From Lama glama (taxonomy: Eukaryota), in assembly GCA_028534125.1 (NCBI GenBank), contig CM052817.1, positions 20,710,001 through 20,774,000 of the forward strand: a stretch of 64,000 bases of DNA. The letters are read 5' to 3'. The notes under the pieces were generated by a model. The model saw only the letters and a program-made list of their open reading frames with translations, was not told the DNA's origin and did no database searches. Shown here piece after piece: positions 11,381-24,553 of this stretch. The translations under genes and the position numbers were made by a program. Position 1 is the first letter of the stretch. Each line of letters opens with the position of its first letter.

Positions 11381-14300
11381 TGAGTTAGAAACTGTCCCCT
11401 CATCATTTAAAGATGAGTTTTCTACTCAACTTGATGATTTTTCAGCTAATGTAATTGTTGTTTGCCCTGCTTTCTGTTTTTGTTTGTAACCGTCTGATTT
11501 TTCCCTCCTGAGCCTTCTCTGTGAACTGTTTTCACCATTTGCTCTAAGTTTCTCTGTGAACAGCATTTAGATTTTTCAACAGGAATTGTTAACTCATTTA
11601 TACACTGCATAATAAGTAATCTGTTTCCTTTCTGTCAGCATTGTACATTTATGACTCTTTTCCCATTTTTTATGCAGGGTCATTATTTTTATTTCAATAA
11701 GCTTTTTTTTTCCCCTGAATTATTGGGAAAACATACTTTACATTTTAGATTGTTTTTGGTAGAAATATAGGTAAAACTTATTTTGCTATCATTTGACCTG
11801 GTTTTTCTTCCCACCTAAACACCATTTAAAAAAATACTTAATGGATTTAAATCACCAAACCTGTCTAGTTGGTGGTCAGTTGGTAGATTTCTCTGGGCTT
11901 GTATTAAACTCCTCCAAATCAGCTAAACGCTAGTCTTCCTTCACTTGATATTAAAAAAAAAACTTAAAAAATATTTTATTTCCATTCCATTTCTTGTTCA
12001 TAAAATAATAATAATTATAAATGAATTGCATGTATCTGTTACTAGTTTTCTATATTTTTAATTCTCTGATTTTAAAATTCATAGTAGTGTTATTATTGTG
12101 TATTATGGAAATACTACATAGTATCTTTATAATAAAACTGATTCAATTTTTGTGTGATGTAGTTATGATTATAGTCATTTTGTTACCTTTTTGAGGAGAT
12201 GGTTCAGCATGGTTAGACTGAATTTATTTTTAATTTCTTGTTTGCTCTTGATCATAATAAAATATAAATCCTACAGCCTCAACACAAAGGAACCGTTTAG
12301 TTTTCACTTGTCCTTTTACTTCCTCTTTAATGTAATGACAGAATAACTTAAAGCAGTTTATAATGCTTTTTACTATAAACAAGATAGTTTATATCACATA
12401 TGAGTCCATACATATATGTTTAGACAGACATAGATCTAAGTAAATGAAAAAAAAGTATGAAAAAACATATATAAAATCTGCAAAGCCATCAGATATTTTT
12501 GTTCTGTTCTCTTTAATCTTGTGTTTTTTTAAATGCTGCCATGACACTGTGCATTTGTTGCAAGATCCAGCATTTAGAGATATTCTGCTGCTTAAAATGT
12601 ACTGAATGAGATTATAGTGAGCTGTTTTCAGCACTCCGACTGAGAAAGTCTAATTGTTAAAATGTCTGGAGACCTGAGCTGGCATTGCCGGCTCTTGTTG
12701 GGGGCACGCGAAGAAGGGGCTGCCGCCAGCCCTCTGCTGGGTCTCAGGAGGAGGCTTCGGTCTCCCACTTCAGCTAGTCCTCTCTGCTCACTTAGTTCCC
12801 TGGGGTATAATGAGCATGCAGATTGAGCAGATGCAGAAGCCACGCACATCCTCCCTCGTCCTTAATAACATTTTCTAGGTAAATTCCCATTAGGCATTGC
12901 TCAGGGGAATCCTCTTAGAACTTAAGGAAGGGATGGGTCTGCTCCTAAGTAGATTAGGTACACATAGAAGGATCACCAGGAAACAAACACAAAGAAACTT
13001 CCAGCATGGAATCAGTATTCACTCTTCCAGTGCAAATTCATAGACACTTTTAGCAGTTGTCAGGAAGTGTAATTAATGAGTTTCAATCAGCGTTATTTTA
13101 AATAAATTAGAAGGGAAAATTCCAGACAGCATTACACATAGTACAGTTTCAGAAGACTTTTTGTCACAGTGTGTGCGTGTTAATGTACCTAAGATCATGA
13201 TATAAAACGATGTCCTCATTCTACATAGTGAGCATCAAAGTTTGAAAGCGGCTGCCTCGTGAGATATGGTGTAGAAACTTTAAGACCAGCTTGCTTCAGA
13301 AAAATATTTATGATATTGTTTTTCTCTATCCTGCAAATGGGAAAAATCTTCACGTGGCTAGAACCAGAGGAATTCATATCTACTCTTGGATATTTTCTGC
13401 CAAATCCTGCTTCTTGAATCATTTACATTTTTGCTAAAGCATCATTTGTTTCCTTAGCTTTCTTCCCTAAATCTGATGGCTAACATTCTGTTTCAGTCTT
13501 TTTGTTGTCAGCCAATCTTTTATCTCCAGCCTCAAAAAGTTCATGTTTTGTTTAACTTCATGGGAGTCTCTAAGGAGATACTACAGAAAACTTCTCTCTC
13601 CCAAGTAACTGTGTTCTTTTCCTTCTATTATGCTATCTCAGCTCTTTTTCTGTATTGATTTTTTTCCCTTTATTCCCTCCTCCCCCCATAACCCACTCTT
13701 GAACATAATGGTATCTATCCCATTACTCTATTACCTACCAAATGCAGTAAGTGACTTTCCCTTGACTCCTTTAAACATTTACCCGGATGGTGTTAGATCT
13801 TTCATATAAGATCAAAAACTGGAGAACTAATGGATGTAGGTCAGTGTTAGCACCTCAGAGATCACAGCCAGAAGAGACGAGGAGGAGAGCTGTGGAAAGG
13901 TCATCTCTTACGAGGAAAAAGTGTATGTTGATATTATGTCCTTTTAGGTTTGTTTCTCTCCTATACTTTACTAAGCAGAAGTTTACAAGAGATCTGTAAA
14001 GTGGATGCTGTATTTTTCTAACAATTTTTTTTCTCATGAAAGTTTTTTTTCTAGTTTCTTTCTTGTTTTCAAATTTTAACATCTGCTTTTATCATTTCTG
14101 GGAGTGGGGAATTGTGTTAATAATACATATGTTAAAACTACTATTTTCTGGAAATGATCATCTTACCTTCAATATGTGTGTACTTATGTTTGAGTAAAAT
14201 GTATGAGTACGATGTTCTTTCTAGGACTTTATGAGTGCCTCCAGAATGTTTTTGAATAGAAACACATAAAAAAGAAGATATATAAATATGCCCATATATA

Positions 14301-15879
14301 TTTTGCATGCATTTATATATATTTTTTCCTTTGAAGAAACCAAAAGTATCTCTACCTCCAGACCACTTTACCGAGAGAAGAAAAGGCTCATAAGGGTGAA
14401 TGTCATGAAGAATCGAGGCTTTTTGGACCAAAGGAAGGAGAGAAGGTGAAAGAAAGCAAAGGTCACTGCAGCCGCGATGCTTTTCGTTAGCTCTGGAGCA
14501 CATTTTTAATCTGGTAAATTTCAGGATCAGGCCATCTTTCTATCATAGAGTTTAGTATGGATTTCAGCATCACAATATTCACATACTTAACCTTTATTTA
14601 TGAGGACAGTTTCAGAGGATGGTCTTTTCCAGCCTCTCAGTTGTCCCTGTTAAATGTCAATTTGGGTTTAAAGCTGCCATCGTGGGAGGCCGCTAGAGAA
14701 GCCAAATTTCTTTTCTGGAGACGTTGTAACACTGTAGCTTTCACTGCAGCCCACAAATGCAGCGCCCACTGATCTGAAATTTAGATCCACAAAGGGCAAC
14801 CTAAACTTAGCCTGTAGAAACATGTTTTCAATTCACATTCCTTTACAACACAGCCATACGTAAAACCGAGAGCTTGTGGTTTAGTGGGAGAATTTGGATT
14901 TACTTCTCTATATTTGAGAATTTGAAATCAAAGGTAGTATTTTTCTCTTTTGACATCTGTATAAATATCTCAAAAATGAAAATAAGGTAGTAAAACATGT
15001 TACCTGCCACAGAATTATGACTGTATTTCCCGGAGATTTTGTTTTTTCTTTCCAATCCCAAACCCAGTCTCTAAAAGATATCAGAGACTATTTTGAAAGA
15101 AGTTAATAGGTTAGGTCATGTAATGATACACTTCAGTATCTTTACCTCTCAGATCAATGAGTTAAGTACTGTTTTGTGAAGCATTTGCTCAGCTAACGTT
15201 TGGGTACCATTCAACCTTCCCATCTTCTTACCTTTGCCTCCCCTTTTTTTCTCAAACTACTTTACATAGATAAGCACACTTGGTAGGTTTGGCTTTTACC
15301 ATTATAATAATTGGAATATTCTTGTTTGTGTAGGTTTTCCATTGTGTTTGTTCATATTAGTTGTGAAGAGATCACATGAGGGTTGAGTAAATTAAAACTT
15401 ACTTTGTGGAGAATTTTAGGGAAATCCCTGTTAAGGAAAGCAGAAAAAGTAGAGGTGAGTTGGTAATGAAATGAAGTTGTTTTCTTTGGTTGTGCACTTT
15501 GGTATTTAGAAATCACCTTGAGTAGGGAAAAAAACATGAGCCAACGATAAGGAAGACACCTTCAATACATCATCTCGTGATAATAATCAGGGAGCCAATG
15601 AGTATGAAGAAACAAAGCAAATACAGTATTCTCAACTGAACACCATTTACTTTACTACAAAGTATGCTGTTACTGTTTATGGGAGGCATAAAATAATCTA
15701 TTTAAATGATATCTTCATAAATTTTATGTGGACATGAATTTTCATGCATTTTTAACTAACAGAACCTATAAATATATGACTGGGCAGTCACCATAAGCCA
15801 AACAATGTCTGTGCCATGTGCTACCGGAAGGAAAAGATATGAGGTGCATGTCATATTTTGTATTTGTTTCCACAAATTT

Positions 15880-16460
15880 GGGTGTTTAAAGCCCTTCACT
15901 GACTTCCCATAGCTCTCGGAATAAAAATGCCAAACCTTAAGTATATATAAGAGGCCCTGCACAGCCTGGTCCCTGTCTGCCTACATCTCCAGTCGTAGAC
16001 TGTGTTGTTTTCCTCCTCAGTCTTTTCCTTGTTCTGACCGTGGCCAGTTCTTCAGCTCCTGCAACGCACCAGTTTTTCCCTCTAGACCTTTAGATGTGTG
16101 TCACAGGTATCCTCTCCTCTACCTTCACCACTCCCTTCATGACCCACCCCTCTGTTTGCTCCTAATGCATCCTTCAGTTTTAGCCAAAGATGATGGGTTC
16201 CTTGAGATCCTCTGTGAATTCCAGCCTAAACTGAAATTTAGACTTCCCAGAAACAGTCTTTCTTAGCCTTCTACCTTTTGTATGGTGGCACTTAAATATA
16301 TGTTTATGTGTAATATTTTGTGCTGAAATTATTATTGACTACTGGGGAGTAAATCCCTCAAGAGCAAGAATCCTGTCTCTTTTGCTCACCAATTTTTCAT
16401 TTAGCGCTTCACCTAGTAGGTAGTACAGAAAAAGGAGCCTATGTTTGCATTACTAAGCAA
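15880..16460 (+). mobile_element. L2 3' region
   Basis: CTTCCCATAGCTCTCGGAATAAAA...GGCCCTGCACAGCCTGGTCCCTG; CTCAAGAGCAAGAATCCTGTCTC. Confidence 0.7.
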
Positions 16461-16792
16461 CAATTGAATCACACTTGAACTATTTAAGTGATTAGTTAGA
16501 AACACTTTGGAAGCCTGAAATTCATGAAGGTCCAGATAACAAAGGGAGCAGAGGGACCCCTAGACGTGGTTGAACTAAAGCTGTTTGGCCAGAAACAATG
16601 GGCAGCTTGGAGGGGCAGGGCTCTTGCAGTGTGCACGAGACACCCGCCTTCTGAAAGTTCACCTGCGGGACTGCATGGCTGGCAAAGACAACGCTGTACA
16701 AACACTGCCCGGAGTGGAATGCAGGCTGAAAAGTGTGAGGACACTCCCGAAGAAGAAAATGTAGGTAGTTTCTATGGCTTTTCTTTTTTAAT

Positions 16793-16838
16793 GGAAGAAG
16801 AAGAGGAAGAAGAAGGTGGAGGAGGAGGAGGAGGGGAA
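16793..16838. repeat. Purine-rich (GAA)n/(GGA)n tract
   Basis: Directly visible. Confidence 0.85.
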
Positions 16839-17018
16839 TGAAAACGAACAGGGTCAGGTCCTTCCCTGACATAAAGGGATCGAGCCAATTTCTGTGTCTC
16901 CTTTGCTCTTTGTATGTGCTGCTCCGGCTTCATACATGGCTCTACATTGTAATTTATCTGCTTACATCTTTTTTTTTTCTCTCCTAAGCTCCAAGTTCCT
17001 TTGAGTATAAGAGTTTAC

Positions 17019-17072
17019 GTGTGTGTGTGTGTGTATGTGTGTGTGTGTGTGTATCAATGAATTCATTAATTT
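17019..17072. repeat. (TG)n microsatellite
   Basis: Directly visible. Confidence 0.95.
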
Positions 17073-17519
17073 AAATAAGTGCTTTACAAACTCCGACTTA
17101 AGCACTAATGACCCCCACATTTCTGAGGGCAAGAAAAAATCAAAAACTATGGGACGACACATAAAGCCCTAATATGTTTGGTAACTGCTGACCTCCTCTC
17201 CTCTTCTCCCTCCATTTCCCAAAAGCATCATGAGCATCACCAGCCAAACCAAGCTTTCTTTTCCCTGCGTGTACTTCTTACTTGGGGCCTCTTTGCACTG
17301 GATACTTCCTCTCCCCGGCAAACTCTCCTTGCCTTTGACTGTATTTTCAGTTCTTTATTCCACCTTTAAAACTTAATTTACTTGGAACCTCCATTGTGAA
17401 GTCTTCTCTGTCTTCTGCCCCGGCCCTGTGAACTTAAGACGCTCTGCACCCGACAGGCTGGTAGAATGGTACCAACGGCATAGATGTTAAAGGGGAGCAG
17501 TCACTATTTAATTCCAATT

Positions 17520-18190
17520 TGGTTACTGTTATAACTGTGGAAATGTGAGCAAGTTACTTGGTTTCTGTAAGTTTCAAATTCCTCTGTGAAGTGGGGAATA
17601 TAATGGTGCAGAGTTTTCAAGTTTAAGGGGATGACGTATATGGTTTAAATAGGTTCTTTGTTATTTTCAGAAGTTATATTTTTAATTGGGAGGAGGTAGT
17701 CATCTTTAAATCTTAATTTCCTTTGAAGAGGTAGTTTGTCATCTGCATCCTCATCCTGTTCTTTCCTTCATAATAATGGTGATGCTAAAAATACAGCAAT
17801 ACGTCTTTAAGCAGCACTCACAAAGTGGCAGGCATTATGCTAAGTGGTTTACCTGTGGTACCTCATACAACCCTGTTATTATATAAGAGGAAACTGAGTC
17901 ACAGAGATGTTAAGCCCCGGTCCAAAGTCACAAATCTTATATGTGTGGTGCTGGGTTTTGGCCCTAAGAAGTCTGGCTGCCGAGTCTGTGCTCTGAATCA
18001 CTAATTTGCTCTCTGCCTTTGCTGTCAGTCTGTTATTAGACTCCAACAGTCCCGGATAGCAATTTCACTCCTCTAAGGCTCAGTTTTCTCATCTGCAAAA
18101 TGGGGGAAATAAAAATGTTTGAGGTAGTGGAGAGGATCAAAACAAATAATGAATGATAAGCACATGAGTGCTAAGCACATGGTAGGAAAT
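17520..18190. mobile_element. Cluster of MIR fragments (about 17520-17610 +, 17775-18005 -, 18060-18190 +)
   Basis: MIR cores GAGGAAACTGAGTCACAGAGATGTTAAG and CTCAGTTTTCTCATCTGCAAAATGGG. Confidence 0.75.
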
Positions 18191-18986
18191 CAAGGGTAAA
18201 CAAGTTGACTTTTTCTGATTAGCTGTAGGTAACATAGAGTATATGTATATGTTAGTTCAAATCAACTTTATATCTAACTCGGATTCCTCACAACACATAT
18301 TAATAGTTTAAGGTGAGGGTACTTTTCCATTTCCAGGTTTATTTACAGTCATGCCACCTCCCTGTCTTTCATATACTGGAAACAGTCATCATACTTTCCA
18401 CAAAGTGCCCCCTGATATCCTTCTTGTACTTTCGTTCTGGCTGTTTTCTCTGTTTTGAATTCTCCCTGCACTCTTCAGTGACTTAAACACTACTCAACCT
18501 CGAGGCCTGCAATTCCCTCATCCCTTCTGGGAATGCTTTCCCAAGCAGTTCAGCCCCCTCGGAGCACACATTGCCTTCGCTTAATTAAGATGCCGTGCTT
18601 GGATTTCTGCTTTTCTTATCTTAGATAAAGGATCTTCATTTTAGAGTAGCCATGTCTTATCCATCTAGGTAACCCATATACCATCACATGACACAGGACA
18701 AGTGTTTAAAGAGGGACAATTTGGTGTTTGAACCTGATCTTTCCACTGTCTCTGTGGGTAAGGACTAATGAAAATAATTTCATAAATGGACTTTTTTTCT
18801 CTATAGTTTAATTTTGCTGTCTAACTAAAATTCCTAGGCTTATTATTATTTCCATTTAAAAAGTGTAACAGTTGTTTGAGGAATGCAAGAAATTGCATGT
18901 GAATAAGCTGACTGATTTAAAGGTATTGTTTTACAAATTTGCTTTCTGCATTACTTCTAGAGTACTCTATCATTAAAACACATTTA

Positions 18987-19140
18987 CACACAGGGAACCA
19001 TATTTAATATTTTGTAATTATCTTTAATGAAAAAGGATGTGAAAACTAATACATGTCTATACATGCATGACTGGGACATTGTGCTGTACACCAGAAACTG
19101 ACACATTGTAACTGACTATACTTCAATTAAAAGAAAAAGA
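18987..19140 (+). mobile_element. Short young L1 3' end with TSD
   Basis: TGACTGGGACATTGTGCTGTACACCAGAAACTGACACATTGTAACTGACTATACTTCAATTAAAAGAAAAA; flanked by AAAACACATTTA (18975-18986) and AAGACACATTTA (19137-19148). Confidence 0.9.
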
Positions 19141-19574
19141 CACATTTATAAGTTCTGGCTAATTCCCATGTGGAATTAAATGAGAATGAGTAGTATGCTG
19201 TCTTTGGCAATTGTTGATTCTCAGAATTAGAACTCACCTCCAAGCTTGTGCTGTACTTATAATCCTATAATTTCCCTAAGACTCCATATTTTTTCTTGAA
19301 CTCATCAGATCTTCTATTATAATCACATTTAAACTTCAAAGGGAATCTCTTTCATCTCAGTCAACATCCAGAAGCCTTGTAAAAATGTATTATTTGTTTG
19401 TCAAGATGGAGTGATTTTAAAATGTACTGTTATATCACACATCAATAGATGATTCAGAAAGAAAAAGTAAAAGTTGTTTGAGAGAGGAGATATTACCTGA
19501 TTTGATTTTTATAAAATGATCAAAGGAAACCCATATTAAAAATAATATTTAAAAGCCATCTCTAAAAATTCTTC

Positions 19575-19741
19575 TTTTAATTGAAGTATAGTCCATTTAC
19601 AATGAGTCAGTTTCTGGTATACAGCATAATGTTTGTCATACATGAATAAACATGTATTCATTTTCATATTCTCTTTCACCATAAGTTACTACAAGATACT
19701 GAATATAGTTCCCTGTGCTATACTGAAGAAACCTGTTGTTT
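19575..19741 (-). mobile_element. Short young L1 3' end
   Basis: TTTTAATTGAAGTATAGTC...GAATATAGTTCCCTGTGCTATAC, same family as 288-1160 and 18987-19140. Confidence 0.88.
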
Positions 19742-19839
19742 AAAAGCTTTATTTTTAAAGCAATTTCATCTGAGAATGAGAACTCCTCACATTAAGAGAA
19801 TGTATTCAAATACTGTTTACTGGAAGCCTCCAGTCTGTT

Positions 19840-20339
19840 NNNNNNNNNNNNNNNNNNNNNNNNNNNNNNNNNNNNNNNNNNNNNNNNNNNNNNNNNNNNN
19901 NNNNNNNNNNNNNNNNNNNNNNNNNNNNNNNNNNNNNNNNNNNNNNNNNNNNNNNNNNNNNNNNNNNNNNNNNNNNNNNNNNNNNNNNNNNNNNNNNNNN
20001 NNNNNNNNNNNNNNNNNNNNNNNNNNNNNNNNNNNNNNNNNNNNNNNNNNNNNNNNNNNNNNNNNNNNNNNNNNNNNNNNNNNNNNNNNNNNNNNNNNNN
20101 NNNNNNNNNNNNNNNNNNNNNNNNNNNNNNNNNNNNNNNNNNNNNNNNNNNNNNNNNNNNNNNNNNNNNNNNNNNNNNNNNNNNNNNNNNNNNNNNNNNN
20201 NNNNNNNNNNNNNNNNNNNNNNNNNNNNNNNNNNNNNNNNNNNNNNNNNNNNNNNNNNNNNNNNNNNNNNNNNNNNNNNNNNNNNNNNNNNNNNNNNNNN
20301 NNNNNNNNNNNNNNNNNNNNNNNNNNNNNNNNNNNNNNN
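19840..20339. other. Assembly gap, exactly 500 N
   Basis: Run of N; the round number suggests a scaffolding placeholder. Confidence 0.99.
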
Positions 20340-21009
20340 CCCTTCATCTCTTAGACACAAACTCATCTATATCTCTTCAAATACTAAATTCTTGCAAATC
20401 AAAAAGTGCTTTGGTTTTAGGCAATTTTTCTTCCTGAGTGTTAAAAAAATCACTCAGAATTTCATTTAACTTATTTTTTTCCCCAGGCTGTATCTATTCT
20501 ATATAAAGTAGTATCTGACAATACTCTAGTAGATGGGAGTCACAGGACTGTAGATATAGGAAAAGAAAGCTCATGGTTTAAAATTTCCAAATAGTGTTCC
20601 TTACATGTGTAAAAGATCTTGTAAATATCTAGGGAACAGCTAGTGTTCAGTCACTTTGAGCTACTGTTGCTTCTGCTATGCTTTGACCTCCTGTTGTTTC
20701 GTCTCCACACTGATCATACTCCTCCATGACCACCACCATCTGCCAGCTTGACTTGATTCCGTACTTTCTGCTTTCTGAGATTTGGGCCATTGATGACCCG
20801 TTGCAATCTAGGTAGGTCTGTGTATTAATTGGTTTCTAGTATTTGGAAGTCATCCTGTCTCATTTGAACCACGTTTCTGATCGCAATGAAGACCCCGTAT
20901 GTTAGGGAGAAAGTAAAGAAACACGTCATTGTACATATTAGATATGAAAGAGAAAAGGAGATTTTTAAAATAATTTCGTGGACTCAGATATTGATTATTT
21001 TTTATATTA

Positions 21010-21200
21010 ATTAATTCAGTTCTCTAATACATATTTATTGAGCACCTACTGTGTGTGACACTGAGTTCTAACTGCTGGGACATAGTAGAGAAGGAGACAG
21101 AAAATATCTTTCCACTTATTCCTTCATTCTAGTAAGGCCCATAGACAACAAGAAGGTTGAAAAGTGATACTTTCATGTAGTGACAAAGAATATGAAAAAT
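21010..21200 (-). mobile_element. L2 3' end
   Basis: ATATTTATTGAGCACCTACTGTGTG...CTGGGACATAG. Confidence 0.75.
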
Positions 21201-21549
21201 AGGCGAGATACTTGGCTAGACAATTACATGATATTTCTGAGAAAGTCGTTATTAGAAACATGTTGCCATTAAATCATAAATTCTAGGTAATCATAATGAA
21301 GGTTATAGTGCAATTTAAATCCCTACTGATTTTAAAGTATGATGAATTTGGGAAGTAATTATTTTAGGAGAATGTCTTCATAATTTTTTACACTTATAAT
21401 ATTTTATAGAGTGTGTCCATTAAGAAACCTAGCATGGCCACCACAAATTTCCTGCTCAAGAAAACAATATTACAAATTTACTTCAAATTAGAAGATTATG
21501 ATTCAACCAAACATTGGAAGATTATTTGCCCAACAGTTTCCTTGGAGAC

Positions 21550-21954
21550 TATTAGTGGAGTCGAGCTCCCATGACAAAATACTGTAGACTGAGCGGCTTA
21601 TTTATTTTCTCATGGAAATTTATTTTCTCACAGTTCTGGAAGACCAAGATCAAAGTGCCAACAGAGTGGTTTCTGGTGAGACCTCTCTCCTTGGCTTGCA
21701 GGTGGCGCCTTCTCACTGTCTTTACATGGCCGTTTCTCTGGGATGTATGCAGAGAATATGAGAATTAGAGGTCTCTGGTGTCTCTTCTTCTGATAAGGAG
21801 ACCAGTCCTATTGTATTAAGACCCCGCTCTCTATCCTTATTGAACCTAAATTACCTGCTTAAAGACTCTGCCTCCACGTACAGTCACACTGGGGGTTAGG
21901 GCTTCAACATACAAATGGGATTGGGGGTAGGGAGGGCACAATTCCATCCATAAC
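21550..21954 (-). mobile_element. MaLR solo LTR (MLT1A-like)
   Basis: TTTATTTTCTCACAGTTCTGGA...CAGTCACACTGGGGGTTAGGGCTTCAACAT...CCATAACA. Confidence 0.85.
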
Positions 21955-22164
21955 AAAGACTTCCTTATCTCATCACATAGACGATTGAAAAGCTCTTTAA
22001 GTCCAGCACTGTGGTAGATCTTTTCCCAACACATTTTTATGATTGATAAAATAAACAAATGGCATTCTATTTAAAAGCAAGTTGTTATGCTAATTTAAAT
22101 GACTTTTTAAATTACTATATATAATTTTAAGGTATATTCTATTATTTATTTAAAAACCCACACT

Positions 22165-22883
22165 ACATTAGTTTCCTATACCTGTTGTTACAAATTATTA
22201 CAAACTTAGTGGCTTAAAACAATGCAAATTTATTATCTTACATTTCTGGAGGTCAAAAATCCAAAATGGGTTTATGGACTAAAATCAGGAGGGGATAAAT
22301 TGGGAGTTCAAAATTTGCAAACACTAACTACTATATATAAAATAGATAAACAACAAGTTTATATCATACAGCACAGGGAACTATATCCAATACCTTATAG
22401 TAACCTACAATGAAGAAGAATATGAAAAGGATTATGTGTATGTGTATGTATGACTGAAACATTATACTGTACACCAAAAGTTGACACAACACTGTAGACT
22501 GATTATACGTCAATAAAAATTGGGAAAAAAAGATGTTGACAGACTTAGGTTCCTTCTGGATACTCAATGGGAGAACCTATTTCTTCACATGGTACAGGTT
22601 TTGGTGTGTGGTCCTTCCTCAATAGCAGTACCTCAATGTTCCATCTCTTTCTCTCTCTCTTCCTCTCCATTGCTGCATCTACTCCTTTGACTCTCATTCT
22701 CTGCTTCTTTCCGTCTTTTATAAGGACACTTAAAATCTGGATAATCTAGAGTAATTTTCCCACCTCAGGATCCTTAACTTTATCACATTTTCAAATTCTC
22801 TTTTTCCACGTAAGGTAATATATTCACAGGTTATGGGGGTTAGGATGTGGACAACTTTAGGAGCCATCTTTTTCTCTATTGCA
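22165..22883 (-). mobile_element. MaLR solo LTR (MLT1C/D-like), interrupted by a young L1
   Basis: ATTAGTTTCCTATACCTGTTGTTACAAATTATTACAAACTTAGTGGCTTAAAAC...GGGTTAGGATGTGGACA. Confidence 0.82.
22289..22531 (+). mobile_element. Young L1 3' end inserted into the MLT1 LTR
   Basis: GGGATAAATTGGGAGTT...CAGCACAGGGAACTATATCCAAT...TCAATAAAAATTGGGAAAAAA. Confidence 0.88.
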
Positions 22884-23412
22884 TTGTTCATATTACTTCC
22901 TCTGTAATAATATTACTTTAGGAAGCATAAACATTTTGCCATTAAAATTCCATAATTTCATAAACTTTTGCTAAAAAAAGAATCTACTAAAATATCTGAC
23001 TCACCATGGCTACTTTATCTTTCAGAGTCTTGGAAGTAAAAATGGAGGTAACTTTGCCTTCTATTTCAATTGCGAAAAATGCTGTATCATTCATGACAAG
23101 TAAGCGTGAACTCAGATTTAAGACATGCTCTTGTGCAAGTTGGACTATGCAGATCATAGATGCAGCAGATAACTGACACATCCGCCAATTCACTTTTGTA
23201 ACACGAACTTACAGTTCTGTTATAGAAACAATATTGGCCCCCAGGTTATTTCCTTACTGCAGGTTGAGGTTCATTAGTGTAAAAGCCTGACCAACAGACT
23301 CAACCTTTATACATCCAGTTGTTTGTAAAATAGCCTAAAATGAGAAGAGTTTTAGCCATTGCTAAAACTATGCCACAAAACCTCACCCAATGGCTCTTAT
23401 CCACCAATAATA

Positions 23413-23924
23413 CAGGCAAACTTCGGAGAGATCATGGGTTCAGTTCTATATCACTCCAATAAAGTGAATATTGCAATAAACTGAGTCACACAAATTTTTG
23501 GGATTCCCAGTGCCTATAAAAGTTATGTTTATACTATGCTGTAGTCTATTAAGTGCACACTAGCAACATGTCTAAAAAATGTACATGTCTTACTGAAAAA
23601 CACTTTATTACTTAAAGAATGCTACTCATCATCTGAGCCTTCAGCAAGTTGTAGTAGTCACATCAGAGATCACTAATCATGGATCATTGTAAAAAATATA
23701 ATAATAATGAAACGGTTTGAAATATTGTGAGAATTACCAAAATGTGACACAGAGACATGAAGTGAGACAAACTGTTGGAAAAATGGCGCCCATAGACTTA
23801 TTTGAGGCAGGGTTGCCACAAACCTTCAATTTGTGAAAACAAAAGCAAACAGCAAAAAACCCCTCAATATCTTCAAAGCACAATATAGCCAAGTGACCAA
23901 GTGCAATAAAATGAAATGTGCCTA
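23413..23924. mobile_element. Tigger1 internal-deletion derivative (Tigger1a-type, TcMar DNA transposon)
   Basis: Both Tigger1 ends present (TA|CAGGCAAACTTCGGAGAG...GCAATAAAATGAAATGTGCCT); about 510 bp, no transposase. Confidence 0.85.
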
Positions 23925-24197
23925 AAGACAGTCTAGCCACTGCAGCCCTTTGGCCATGGTCCTAGGAGTCCAGTGACTCAAAGACTCCTGTGCTGCTGAG
24001 TGATATCCCCGTAGAGGTAAACCTTCTCAGATTCCTCTCTCCCCTGAAGAGGAATTCCTCTCTCCCTCTCTCCTGCCCCTTCTTTCCTTCTGGATGGTGG
24101 CCCTTGTCTTAGCTTCTGGACAATGTCGCACTGTGAGGGACCTGATAAAGTCCCTGTGTGTCCCTGACTCTTATATATAATACTCCTTGATCAGCCC

Positions 24198-24553
24198 TAT
24201 TAAAAAATAAATTGAGGCATATTACAAATTCTAAGAGTTTACTTGTGCAGAATTTGACTCTAATGGGGCAGTTCCAAACCTGAAGTGGTTGGATGTGATC
24301 TGCTGACAACAGCCAGGAAAAAGATCTATAGACAAGCTGGAGAAGCAAAGAAAGGAAATTAATAGATTGGCTAGAGCTCAAATGGTTGCCTCTTTTGGGA
24401 AAGTCTAGTGGGTTGTTAGTGATAGGTTGTCCTTAGGTTTTGATTTCTTGACTTTGAGGCATTTACAGACTTAGGTTTGGATTTGCCTTCTGAGGCCACT
24501 AAAGCCTTATGGCCACTGGAGTCTAATGATTTCCTTGTATAATTAATTTGATA
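24198..24553 (-). mobile_element. ERV1-type solo LTR
   Basis: 4-bp TSD GCCC (24194-24197, 24554-24557); decayed termini TATTAAA...TTTGATA; internal GATTGG box. Confidence 0.65.

Noticed and set aside
14670..14780. Possible CTCF sites (CCGCTAGAGAAG; GATCAGTGGGCGCTG on -)
   Set aside because: Both mismatch core consensus positions; not supportable from sequence alone.
16524..16841. 105-aa ORF with a poly-E/poly-G tail
   Set aside because: The tail comes from a GAA/GGA simple repeat; no recognisable domain or supported exon structure.
19776..20366. Three longest ORFs (176-192 aa)
   Set aside because: They consist almost entirely of X residues from the N-gap.
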